Shown: piece by piece, positions 18,994 through 28,690 of the stretch
Layout: every line of letters starts with the position of its first letter
Numbering within the stretch: position 1 is the stretch's first letter
DNA from: Candidatus Rariloculaceae bacterium
Lineage (GTDB): Bacteria; Pseudomonadota; Gammaproteobacteria; Steroidobacterales; Rariloculaceae
Length of the DNA: 64,000 bases
Direction of reading: 5' to 3'
NCBI GenBank assembly: GCA_965205045.1
Contig: OZ242031.1
Location: 2,268,044 to 2,332,043 of the forward strand
The notes under the pieces: generated by a model
The model's database searches: none
What the model was told of the DNA's origin: nothing
What the model saw: the letters and a program-made list of their open reading frames with translations, nothing else
Made by a program: the position numbers and the translations under genes

Positions 18994-20337
18994 TTAGCCG
19001 AAAGCGTCGCGCCCCAGGCGATAAGCCATCCAGCCGACCGCCAGCGCGCCGAGCGCCAAGGCAATCCACAGCAGAGCCGAGCGCCACGGAAATTCCCGCG
19101 GCGGGATAAACGCGGCGTCTCCGCCCAACTCCCTCATGGCGCCGAGTCCCGCCGCCGAGACGGAAATCGGCTCATCCAGCCGATCCCAGACCTGGCCAAG
19201 CACGGCGTCCGGGCCGGCCTCGGTGGACAGTCCGCCTCCGGCCAGAAGATAGGGCGCGGCCCCGTTTGCGGCGAACCGAAGGAATTCCTGCGGATAGTGA
19301 AGCTGAAGCTCGACGGCGTCCTCGTCGAGCGGGCGGCGCGGCTGAACTCTCCAGTAGCGAGCGACGCTACGCGCCACATCCACCGCGGGCGAGCGCACCT
19401 GCTCGGCCTGGAAGTCGATCCGGTAATAGAACCGCCTGGCAGCCACCAGGTCCCACGGACCGTCCAGCGAAGCGCCGCTGTGGATCGCAGCATTCGCCCA
19501 TCCATTCGGATTCGCGAATTCCAGCTGCACTGCACGAACGGGCAGGAGGCCGCCCGCATCGAAGTACAGCGCATTCTCCTCGGCCTCTTCCGGCCCGGGC
19601 ACCGCTTCAAGTTCGACCTGTTCCACCGGCGTCGGGTCCGGCTCGGCGGAACCGATCAATTCCAGTTGTTCCAGGACCCACGGTGAAGGCGTGTCGCCTG
19701 CCCACTCGATCCGGTAATAGCCGCCCGGGCGCCCGTTGAGCGCGATCCGGCTGTGGCGCACCCGGGTATCGTCGATCGCAAGCGCCGCAACGCTGCCCTG
19801 GCCGACGACGCTCCAGCGGTCGAGGTCGCTGCTGTGTGAGATCGTCACCGTGGTCAGAAACGGTTGATCCATCTCGTTCCATTGAAGATCGGCGGCGACC
19901 GGCGCTGTTTCAAGCGACCGCGCATCGGCGACGAACGCGACAATCCCGGCGCGAGGTTCCGCGGGCAACCCGAGCGAGACGTCGACGCGCTCGTCCGTTG
20001 CCCCGACTGTGAGGCCCCCGATCGCCTCGCCGGCCTGTGTGCGATACACCGGCGACACATCCAGTGCGACACTCGATTCCGTCGCGGGCCCCGGCTCCGC
20101 GATAACCCGGTAAAACGGCATCGCCTCGCCGTCCGCATCGAGCACGGCCACCTCCTCCAGGCGTCTTGCCTGGCGATACACCTCGGCTCTCAAGGGAATG
20201 TCGTAGAACGCGCTCTCGGCGCCGAGCTCCAGCGGCCATCCAACCGCGAAGTCGTTCGGGTCCAGCGCGTTCGCCGAGCCGATAGACAGACCGGCGACCA
20301 GGCCCACAAGAAGTTTCTGTCGTTGCATGTACGTCAT
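18994..20337 (-). CDS. DUF3999-like secreted protein
   Basis: 447 aa. Signal peptide MTYMQRQKLLVGLVAGLSIGSANA and a C-terminal TM (ALLWIALALGALAVGWMAY). Located next to a DUF2339-like gene, a pairing I recall as typical. Confidence 0.7.
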   Translation of the reverse strand: MTYMQRQKLLVGLVAGLSIGSANALDPNDFAVGWPLELGAESAFYDIPLRAEVYRQARRLEEVAVLDADGEAMPFYRVIAEPGPATESSVALDVSPVYRTQAGEAIGGLTVGATDERVDVSLGLPAEPRAGIVAFVADARSLETAPVAADLQWNEMDQPFLTTVTISHSSDLDRWSVVGQGSVAALAIDDTRVRHSRIALNGRPGGYYRIEWAGDTPSPWVLEQLELIGSAEPDPTPVEQVELEAVPGPEEAEENALYFDAGGLLPVRAVQLEFANPNGWANAAIHSGASLDGPWDLVAARRFYYRIDFQAEQVRSPAVDVARSVARYWRVQPRRPLDEDAVELQLHYPQEFLRFAANGAAPYLLAGGGLSTEAGPDAVLGQVWDRLDEPISVSAAGLGAMRELGGDAAFIPPREFPWRSALLWIALALGALAVGWMAYRLGRDAFG

Positions 20338-20437
20338 TTTAGCCTCGAAGCTTCACCCGTATCCTGCCGGCTCATGTATTCGGCTCCGGTCTTGCCGGGA
20401 CAATCCATGCGGACACCGTTACCGGGCCGTGTCCGCC

Positions 20438-22475
20438 TCAGCCTCCACGCGTGGGGGCACCGGGCTGTTCCAGAATTCCGCGTTGTTCATTGAGTCCCTC
20501 AGCCTCCACGCGCGGGGGCACCGGGGCAAAGTACCCGACAACCAGGAGCAGCACGCCGACACCCAGGAACGAGACAACGCGCGCGAAGTTCCCGGTGCTG
20601 GCCAGATCCACCAGGAACAGCTTGACCACGACAACAGTCATCAACACGGCGCCGCCGACCCAGACCTCGCGCCGGCGGGTCCGGGCGCCGAGCACCATTC
20701 CCAGCAGTCCGGCCGCACCCCAGACGATCGAGATCGAAGTCTGCAATACAACGGATTCGAACAGCGCCGCCGAGTCGAACGGCACGTCAGACCAGTGATT
20801 GCGGAGGCGCCAGGAACTGCTCGATGTCCGCCAATCCCGCCCACAGCCACCACGCCGCCGACCATCCCAGCAGGAGCCATCCGGTTGGCGCAAGCACCGG
20901 TTTTCCGACTGCCCCGACATCGCCCCGGTCGAGCCACCAACCGGAGAACCAGCCGGCCAGCGCAATCAGGGCCGCCCCAAGGACAAACCCGTTGAACAAC
21001 GGCCCCGCCCCTGCCGCATATATGCCCGGTTGGGCGACATAGGAAGCGCCGGCGAGAAGCTGCAGCACCAGCCCCGCCAGGAGCGCCAACCCTCGCTGCT
21101 GACGGCAGCCCAGCCAGACCATGGCCGCGCCCTGAAACGCCCATGCCACCGACGTCCAGCGGGCATCCAGAGCAAGCGGCACGGCGATCGCGAGGAACAC
21201 GATCGCCAGTCCGAAAAACGCCTCCATCAGCACGCGCAGGTCCTTCCTGTGGCGGTGCATGAATGACGAGACCGTCACGTACAGGGCCGCGAGCACGACA
21301 GCGGAGATTGCAAGCCCGTATTCCGTATCGCCGACCAGTCGTGCCTGCAGGCCAAAGCCCACGATGGGCGTGCCGAACACAAGTGTTCCGTCCACGAACC
21401 CGCGCAGATGCGGTGCATGACGCCAGGAAAAGAGGACCGGAATGAGCGTATACGTCAGGATGAACAGGACCAGGAAAGGCTCGGTTGTCGCGAATTGGTC
21501 CGGCCGGTACGCCTGATAGCCCCAAAAACCGCCGATTCCGAAGGTGAAGATGAAGCCCAGCAGATTAAGCGCCCGCCAGGCCTTGAACCAGGCCACCCCG
21601 ACCACCGCACCGTTCAGTATTGCGTAGTAACTGAAGAGCAGGACATGGTCGGATGCGTCCGATGCGGCGAGCATCGGTGCCATGAACCCGCCGACGATTC
21701 CGAGCACGGCCAGCGCCCGGGAATCCTGCAGGACCGCAAGCGTTCCGCCCGCAACGGTGAAGATCAGCAGGAAGCCAAACGCGGCGGCCGCCGGCAGCAA
21801 GTCGAACAGGGCGAACGCCGCGTAGGCGGTGAGGTAGAGCACCGCGACGCCGCCACCCTGAAGACTGAGCGCGTAGACCCGGCGACGTTCCCTCAATCGC
21901 CAGCCCACCGCAAGCAGGCCGAGCCCGAACGCCGCCACGCCCGCAAGCCGAAACTCGATGGGCAGATTGAAGAGTTGCCGGTCGATGGCTTCGCGAATGA
22001 AGAACGCCAGACCCAGCAAGGAGAGCACGACGCCGACCCTGACGGGCACGTTGCCGGTCGTGAACCACCCCGTCACGGCATCGGTAATCCGATTCGTGGC
22101 GGACGATATCCGGCCGGTCGTGCCGGCACCGCTCCTCGGAGCGGTTCCCGGCGCCGGTGCGCTTTCTTCGGGTGGCGGGCGCGGCGGGTCCTGCGAAGGA
22201 TCCGGCGTCGGCGGCTCGGGCGTCCCCGCCTGCTCCGCGTGCACGCTGACCGGTTCGGCAACCTGCGGCCCAGGCGCCGGAGCCGGGTCCCCGACTTGCT
22301 CGGTGGCAGCCCTGCCGGCTTCCAGTGTCGTCACGCGGTCGCTCAGATGCTTGACCCTACCGATGAGGAAACCGATCAACGCACCCAGGACGACTCCGGC
22401 AATTCCCCCCAGAGCGTAGCCGGCAACCGCACCGACAAGGATCGAAAAAACCAACACGCCAATTCTCCCTAACAA
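20438..22475 (-). pseudogene. DUF2339-like polytopic membrane protein with an apparent frameshift near 20790
   Basis: ORF 20787-22475 (562 aa, many TM helices) stops at ...IEQFLAPPQSLV*. The neighbouring frame continues with ...LRNHWSDVPFDS...VVKLFLVDLASTGNFARVVSFLGVGVLLLVVGYFAPVPP, the usual C-terminus of this family. Confidence 0.6.
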
Positions 22476-22513
22476 GTAATCACGCCCCGACCGAGCACCA
22501 GCCCTTGGAAAGA

Positions 22514-22658
22514 GCGAGGGTGCGTGCGTCCATCCCTAGCGCGCGTCGTGGGTTCTGCGCGGGGCCAGGGATGGCCAGGAGCGCCGAACCCCGATTTGAG
22601 CCCGCCATGGATGGCGGGCGAAATTGAGCGCGCAAGGGATGGACGCACGCACCCTCGC
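22514..22658. repeat. 145-bp intergenic element with 24-bp perfect terminal inverted repeats and a nested internal palindrome (REP/MITE-like)
   Basis: gcgagggtgcgtgcgtccatccct (22514-22537) is the exact reverse complement of 22635-22658. There is also an internal hairpin gcccgccat/atggcgggc at 22600-22619. Confidence 0.85.
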
Positions 22659-22676
22659 GGCGCGCCTACACCGCGA

Positions 22677-24044
22677 CTACCCCCCGTAAACCACCCCCGG
22701 CAACCAGGTGGCCAGCTCCGGCCAGAATGCAAGCAGCGCCAATGCGACCAACTGAATGACCACGAACGGAATGACCCCCCGATAGATCGCCGTCGTCTCC
22801 ACACTCCCGGGCGCCACCCCGCGCAGATAGAACAACGCGAACCCGAACGGCGGCGTCAGGAACGATGTCTGGAGGTTGATCGCGATCATGACCCCCAGCC
22901 AGACCGGGTCGATCCCCATGGTCAGGAGGATCGGTCCCACGATGGGAACCACCACAAACGTGATCTCGATGAAGTCCAGCACGAAGCCCAGCAGGAACAT
23001 CAGCAGCATCACGATGAGCATCGCGGTGACCACACCGCCGGGCATGCTGACCAGCAGTTCGTGCACCAGGCGGTCTCCGCCGTAACCGCGGAAAACCAGT
23101 GAAAACACCGATGCGCCGATCAGGATAAGGAACACCATGCTGCTCACGCGCACCGTGCTCTTCATGACGTCGATCAGGCGCGCCAGCGAGAACTGCCCCT
23201 TGCCCAGGGCCAGCAGCAGCGCGCCGACACCGCCCACGCCGGCGGCTTCCGTGGGTGTGGCCAGTCCGCCCATGATGGAGCCGAGCACCGCCAGTATCAG
23301 GAACAGCGGGGGAAACAGCGCCAGCGCCAGTTCGCCGAAGCGGACCTTTTCGGCTTTCTCGCGCGCCGGCATGGTGGCCGGCCTGAGCAGCGCCACAGAA
23401 GCGATGTAGATGACGTAGAGCGCCACGAGGCCCAGGCCCGGTATCAGCGCGCCCACGAAAAGATCGCCCACCGACACGGTATCCGGCGAGAAGATGCCGG
23501 CGTCGAGTTGCGCCTGGCTGTAGGCCGAGGAGAGCACGTCGCCCAGCAGCACCAGGATGATGGAGGGCGGAATGATCTGCCCCAGCGTGCCGGACGCGCA
23601 GATCGTGCCGGTGGCCACGGCCGGGTCATACCCGCGGCGCAACATGGTTGGCAGCGCCAGCAGGCCCATGGTCACCACCGTGGCGCCGACGATTCCGGTG
23701 CTCGCCGCCAGCAGCATGCCGACCAGGGTCACCGAAATCCCCAGCCCGCCCCGCAGCGTGCCGAACAGCCGGCTCAGGCTGTCGAGCAGGCTTTCGGCAA
23801 TCTGCGCCCGCTCCAGGGTGACGCCCATGAACACGAACAACGGCACCGCCATCAGTGTCTCGTTGCTCATGATCCCGTAGATGCGGTTGGGCATCGTGCC
23901 CAGGAAGGCGCCGTCGAATATCCCCAGCGCCATGCCGATCCACGCAAACAGGAGCGCAACGCCGCCCAGCGAGAATGCCACCGGGTAACCGGCCAGCAGC
24001 ACCGCCACGACGGCGGCAAACATCAGCAGTGCGACCCACTCCAT
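22677..24044 (-). CDS. dctM: TRAP transporter large permease
   Basis: 455 aa from ATG 24044 (MEWVALLMFAAVVAVLLAGYPVAFSLGG...). ATGA overlap with the dctQ stop. The longer listed ORF is an Arg-rich upstream extension. Confidence 0.9.
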   Translation of the reverse strand: MEWVALLMFAAVVAVLLAGYPVAFSLGGVALLFAWIGMALGIFDGAFLGTMPNRIYGIMSNETLMAVPLFVFMGVTLERAQIAESLLDSLSRLFGTLRGGLGISVTLVGMLLAASTGIVGATVVTMGLLALPTMLRRGYDPAVATGTICASGTLGQIIPPSIILVLLGDVLSSAYSQAQLDAGIFSPDTVSVGDLFVGALIPGLGLVALYVIYIASVALLRPATMPAREKAEKVRFGELALALFPPLFLILAVLGSIMGGLATPTEAAGVGGVGALLLALGKGQFSLARLIDVMKSTVRVSSMVFLILIGASVFSLVFRGYGGDRLVHELLVSMPGGVVTAMLIVMLLMFLLGFVLDFIEITFVVVPIVGPILLTMGIDPVWLGVMIAINLQTSFLTPPFGFALFYLRGVAPGSVETTAIYRGVIPFVVIQLVALALLAFWPELATWLPGVVYGG

Positions 24045-24592
24045 CAGATCGCCTCGCTCGGGGGGCCGCCCGGCTCGCCGTCCGGCTCCACCGCCCGGGT
24101 GAGCACCAGCACTGCGCCAAGCAGGTCCGCGATGCCCTGCAACATCAGCAGCAGCGCCGTGGCGGGTATCAGGCTCTTCATTATGGGCACGAAGGGGAAG
24201 GGCAGTCCGCCGGCTTCCCTGGATGCCTCGCGGATCGCCCACGACGTGGACACGTAGTCCCAGCTCGTGACCGCGACGAAGGCGGCAAGGGGGAGCAGAA
24301 ACACCACCGTTCCGACGACGTTCACCCAGGCGCGGCGTTGTGCGGTACTGCGCCGGTAGAAGATGTCGACGCGGACGTGTTCGTTGTGCTTCAGCGTGTA
24401 GCTGGCCCCCAGCATGAAGACCGCGGCGTGCATCCACACGATGCTTTCCTGCATCGCGATCCAGCCCAGGTCGAAGACATAGCGCAGTACCACGATCACG
24501 AAGGTCCCGAGCACCATCAGGACCGTCAGCCACGCCATCGCGGAGCCCGTCAGCTCGCTGATGCGCTCGAGATTTGACTTCAGTCGCTGCAT
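24044..24592 (-). CDS. dctQ: TRAP transporter small permease
   Basis: 182 aa with 4 TM helices. Positioned immediately upstream of, and overlapping, dctM. Confidence 0.85.
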   Translation of the reverse strand: MQRLKSNLERISELTGSAMAWLTVLMVLGTFVIVVLRYVFDLGWIAMQESIVWMHAAVFMLGASYTLKHNEHVRVDIFYRRSTAQRRAWVNVVGTVVFLLPLAAFVAVTSWDYVSTSWAIREASREAGGLPFPFVPIMKSLIPATALLLMLQGIADLLGAVLVLTRAVEPDGEPGGPPSEAI

Positions 24593-24642
24593 GAGTGGAA
24601 TGTCAGATTGGGCGGCCGCAGTCGCAGTGGGAGCCGCCCGCC

Positions 24643-24972
24643 TCAGCGGTCAGGCCGTTGCTGTGCCGATTTGCGCAGCCGCTTGAGAAATACGGTCATT
24701 TCGCGGGCGGCCTGGATGTCGCCGCGCTCGTTCGCCACGCGGATGCCGCGCCGGTAGCTTTCCATGGCCCGATCCTCCAATCCGGCGTCCGCCTGCGCCC
24801 GCCCGAGCTGCTTCCATGCGGCCGAATAGCCCGGTTCGAGCGCCACGGCCCTGCTCAGGTGCCCGGCGGCCCTGACGGGTTCGCCCGCCTTCAGGTATTC
24901 GCATCCCAGCGCGTACCGCAGGCCCGCGCTGTCGCCGCCGCGCTCCAGTATAGCCTCCAATCGCGGCGCCAT
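24643..24972 (-). CDS. tetratricopeptide-repeat protein (109 aa)
   Basis: From ATG 24972. TPR-like helices (LGCEYLKAGEPVRAAGHLSRAVALEPGYSAAWKQLGRA...). Confidence 0.7.
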   Translation of the reverse strand: MAPRLEAILERGGDSAGLRYALGCEYLKAGEPVRAAGHLSRAVALEPGYSAAWKQLGRAQADAGLEDRAMESYRRGIRVANERGDIQAAREMTVFLKRLRKSAQQRPDR

Positions 24973-24980
24973 GCTCACGT

Positions 24981-26435
24981 TCACGGCCTCCAGAAAGTGG
25001 GTGTGATCAGCACCAGCAAGGTGAAGATTTCCAATCGCCCCAGCAACATGGCGCACACCGCTGCCCATTTCTCGATCGGGCCCACGTTACCGAAGCCGGA
25101 CGCCACCTCGCCGAGTCCGGGACCGAGGTTGTTCAACGTGGCCGCCACCGCGGAAAACGCGGAAACCTGGTCCAGGCCGGCAGCGACCAGGATCAGCAGC
25201 AGGACGCTGAAGACGACCACGTAGACGGCAAAGAATCCCCAGACCGCGTCGACCACCCGGTGGGGCACGGGCTTGGACCCCAGCTTGACCGGCACTTCGG
25301 CGCTGGGGTGCACCAGCCGCTGCACTTCCCTGAGCCCCTGCCGGTACATCAACAGCCAGCGGATGACCTTTATCCCACCGGCCGTTGAGCCGGCACAACC
25401 GCCGACGAAACTCGAAAAGATCAGCAGCACGGGCAGCACGCCGGGCCATACGGCGAAATCGGCCGTGGTGAATCCGGTGGTGGTGGCGATGGAAACAGTC
25501 TGAAACAGACCGTGGGTGAGGGTTTCGGTGAGCGTCGGATAGTACCCCTGGAAATGGAGGTACACGACCACCGCCACGATCAGCCCGCCGAGCAGCTTCG
25601 AGTAGGCGCGAAACTCCGGGTCCTGGAGGTAATGCTTGACGGAACGATGCCGCCATGCGAGAAAATGCAGCGAGAAATTGATGCCGGCAACGAACATGAA
25701 CACGACGGCGACCAGCTCGATCGCGGCACTGTTGAAGTACCCGAAGCTCTCGTCGTACGTCGAGAAACCGCCGATGGCGACGGTGCTGAACGCGTGGCAG
25801 ATGGCGTCGAACAGGCCCATCCCGGCCAGCAGGTAGGCCAGCGCGCACAGCACGGTGATGCCCAGGTAGACATACCAGAGCGCCTTCGCCGTCTCGGTGA
25901 TCCGCGGCGTCAGCCGGGTGTCCTTCACCGGTCCGGGCGTCTCCGCCCGGTAGAGCTGCATGCCGCCGACGCCCAGCATGGGCAGCACCGCCACGGCGAG
26001 CACGATGATGCCCAGGCCGCCGAACCACTGCAGTTGGTGGCGGTAGAACAGGATCGACTCGGGCAGCTCGGCAAGCCCGGTCAATACCGTCGCGCCGGTG
26101 GTGGTCAGACCCGACATGGACTCGAACACCGCGTCGGTGAGGCTCATCTGCGGATTGCCGGTGAGCAGCAGCGGCACCGAGCCGAACAGGCCCAGCACGA
26201 TCCAGAACGCGGCCACCACCAGGAATCCTTCGCGCAGCCGCAGCTCGTGGGTCTGCGCGCGAACCGGCCACCAGATCGCGATCCCGGAGCCGAGAACGAT
26301 TAGGAACGATGCCGCGAATGCCAGCCACTGGCCGTCCCCGAAGATCACCGAAACGACGATCGGCAGCAGCATCGCGGTGCTGAACATCGTCAGCAGCAGA
26401 CCGAGAATGCGTTGTATCGTTGCTCTGGCTCGCAT
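24981..26435 (-). CDS. trkH: Trk-type K+ uptake membrane subunit
   Basis: 484 aa, polytopic. Repeated selectivity-filter-like segments (SGLTTTGATV, TVAIGGFST, IATTTGFTT, TLNNLGPGLG). Confidence 0.92.
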   Translation of the reverse strand: MRARATIQRILGLLLTMFSTAMLLPIVVSVIFGDGQWLAFAASFLIVLGSGIAIWWPVRAQTHELRLREGFLVVAAFWIVLGLFGSVPLLLTGNPQMSLTDAVFESMSGLTTTGATVLTGLAELPESILFYRHQLQWFGGLGIIVLAVAVLPMLGVGGMQLYRAETPGPVKDTRLTPRITETAKALWYVYLGITVLCALAYLLAGMGLFDAICHAFSTVAIGGFSTYDESFGYFNSAAIELVAVVFMFVAGINFSLHFLAWRHRSVKHYLQDPEFRAYSKLLGGLIVAVVVYLHFQGYYPTLTETLTHGLFQTVSIATTTGFTTADFAVWPGVLPVLLIFSSFVGGCAGSTAGGIKVIRWLLMYRQGLREVQRLVHPSAEVPVKLGSKPVPHRVVDAVWGFFAVYVVVFSVLLLILVAAGLDQVSAFSAVAATLNNLGPGLGEVASGFGNVGPIEKWAAVCAMLLGRLEIFTLLVLITPTFWRP

Positions 26436-26493
26436 CTCGCATCTCGCATCTCGCGTCCGCTGGCCCGTGGCAAAAGTCCCGCGGCGCGGGCGG

Positions 26494-28488
26494 TCAGACG
26501 GGATGCCGAACGCGCGTCACGCGAAACTTGAAGTTTTTCGCCGGGCTGAGCTTGGGGAACGGGTTCAGCTTCAGCTTGTAGTTCTTCGGGACCAGCTCGA
26601 GCTCCAGGTGACGCGCGATCAGCAACATGTTCAGGGCCATCTGCAGTTCGGTCCAGCGCCGTCCTCCGCAGATGTGCGTGCCTGTTCCGAACGGCGCGTA
26701 GGCGCCCGCCTGTCTGTGTTCGTTTCGTGGCGGCGCGTACCGCTCGATGTCGAACTTGTCCGGGTCCTTGTAATGCTTCTCCATGAAGTGAGGCGCCGTA
26801 AACGCGATCAGTACCGAACTGTAGGGCGGAACTTCGAGACCATCGACTTCGAACGAGTTCATCGCGGTACGCCGGTGTACCGGTATCACCGGATGCAGCC
26901 GCAGCACTTCCATGGCGAATCGATGGGTAACGTCGATCGCCTCCGGCGTGAGGTCCTTCGCGGTCGGGTCGCCGTCCGCAAAGAGCGCATCGGCTTCGGC
27001 AACGATTTTCTCGTGCAGATCCGGATTCGCCAGCATCTCGTAGATGGCGAATGCCACCTCGCTGCCGGTGTAATGGCCCGCGATGATGGGTGCGATGAAG
27101 GCAAACCCCAGGTCCGTTTCGGGCAGGAACTGCGGGTCGGAGTAGTGCAGATCCATCAGATCGTCCACAAGATCGCGACGCTTGCCCTCGCGTTGCGCAG
27201 GCGTGTGCGCGGCGTGGATCTGGGCGTATAGGTTGAGGATATTCGCCTTGTATCGCTTCATTCGCGGCGTACGGAGCAGAAATTTCGGCACCAGGCCGAA
27301 CACGTGAACCATCAGCGCCCGATACTCGAACGCGAGCAGATCGTCGAGCACCTTCGTCGCTTCCATGCTGACGCTGAGATGCGAGATCTGATCGCCGATC
27401 AATCGCTGGCACGCGGTCTCTCCGGCCATCGTCTGGCCGACGCCCCAGCCGGCGAACGAGCGCCTGGCGAGACGGAAAAGATCATCCATGCGGTCCTCGA
27501 CCACGGCGCGGGAGTTCCCCGCTCGGACGGCCCTGCGCATGCGGAAGTGATCCGCTCCGTCCATGCTGGCGATGGACCGGGCCGTACCCCATTCCTGCTG
27601 AAAGGCTTCGAGATAATCCCGCGTTCGCAGCAGCAGCCGGCCCTTGCGCCCCACCCATCGGTTCAGTTCGGCGCTGGCGAGAACCACGATACTGTTGTCG
27701 CCCGGCGCATCGATTCGGTAGACCGGTCCCAGTTCCTCGCTCACTTCGGCAAAGAACTTGGGAAGATTGCCCGACCGCATCGTGCGCGACTTGAGCATGT
27801 CCAGCACGCTGATCGATGGCATCTTTCGCCTGCGAACCGTGCGATAGGCTTCCGGCGGACGATACGAACTGGCTACCGCGGCCCCGATGGTCCGCCCGAT
27901 GAGGTCCATCCCGCTGAGCAGTTCGATCCGCTTTTCGGCGACTTCGAACTCTTCCGGATCCAGCAGCGTCGGAACGCCTCCGCAGTTGTTCAGCAGCCCG
28001 ACGATGGCGATATCGCGCGGATCCGGAATCTCGTCGGTGAGCAGGACCCGGGTGATTCGGCTCTTGATCTCTTCGCGCTGTTCACCGTCTCCCAATGGAT
28101 AGCGGCCCGACCGCGAGACCTTGTTCGACAGGGACCAGAACCCGCCGGAATGCGAATCGAGAATGCCCTGCTTGGCCAACCGATCGAACGCCGCGTCGCT
28201 GATGGCTTCGGCCCGGCGAGCCGCGATCCGTTCAACCCAGTACTGCGGGCTGTGACTATGCGGGTTGTCGGCGATTGCCTTCAATGTGGGGTCCAGGAGT
28301 TCGTCGCCCGTCGGCGTTGCGTCGATCAGCGTGAGCGTCTCCAGGTCCGAATCGATGCGATTCTCCAGCGCCAGATCCATAAGGACTGCGCCCCCCAGCG
28401 CACAGGACATCTTCCACTCCGGAATGGGAGCGAAGTAGCCCGTGTTCTCGTCGAGCAGCAGCAGCAGAATTTCTTCGGCGAATCTCAT
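26494..28488 (-). CDS. GPP34(GOLPH3)-like N-terminal domain fused to cytochrome P450 (paralogue 1)
   Basis: 664 aa. N-terminus MRFAEEILLLLLDENTGYF...LIDATPTGDELLDPTL...GFWSLS...EIPDPRDI. P450 part has I-helix AGHYTG, ExxR (EVLR) and the Cys loop FGTGTHICGG. Confidence 0.85.
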   Translation of the reverse strand: MRFAEEILLLLLDENTGYFAPIPEWKMSCALGGAVLMDLALENRIDSDLETLTLIDATPTGDELLDPTLKAIADNPHSHSPQYWVERIAARRAEAISDAAFDRLAKQGILDSHSGGFWSLSNKVSRSGRYPLGDGEQREEIKSRITRVLLTDEIPDPRDIAIVGLLNNCGGVPTLLDPEEFEVAEKRIELLSGMDLIGRTIGAAVASSYRPPEAYRTVRRRKMPSISVLDMLKSRTMRSGNLPKFFAEVSEELGPVYRIDAPGDNSIVVLASAELNRWVGRKGRLLLRTRDYLEAFQQEWGTARSIASMDGADHFRMRRAVRAGNSRAVVEDRMDDLFRLARRSFAGWGVGQTMAGETACQRLIGDQISHLSVSMEATKVLDDLLAFEYRALMVHVFGLVPKFLLRTPRMKRYKANILNLYAQIHAAHTPAQREGKRRDLVDDLMDLHYSDPQFLPETDLGFAFIAPIIAGHYTGSEVAFAIYEMLANPDLHEKIVAEADALFADGDPTAKDLTPEAIDVTHRFAMEVLRLHPVIPVHRRTAMNSFEVDGLEVPPYSSVLIAFTAPHFMEKHYKDPDKFDIERYAPPRNEHRQAGAYAPFGTGTHICGGRRWTELQMALNMLLIARHLELELVPKNYKLKLNPFPKLSPAKNFKFRVTRVRHPV

Positions 28489-28690
28489 CGTTGTGCCAGG
28501 CTGGTAGAATCGCTACAGCGAATTTTCAGCCCGTCATCGCCGCAATGCAAATCCGGCGTCCGTTGAGCGGCATTGTACGTTCTTATGGGGCATGAAAGGA
28601 ATCGGTATTGGCGTTGACTGCCGGATCGGGCTAGATTGAATTTATCAATCGTCGCCGCCTCGCGCGTGTCGACATGAACGGAGTTGCTTT

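Noticed and set aside
22677-24533. Full 618-aa ORF for the TRAP large permease. The same applies to the 441-aa ORF for PPK2 and the 141-aa ORF for the TPR protein.
   Set aside because: The upstream parts are Arg/Gly-rich read-through overlapping the preceding gene. Internal ATGs at 24044, 6334 and 24972 give proteins of normal length, with ATGA coupling in the TRAP case.
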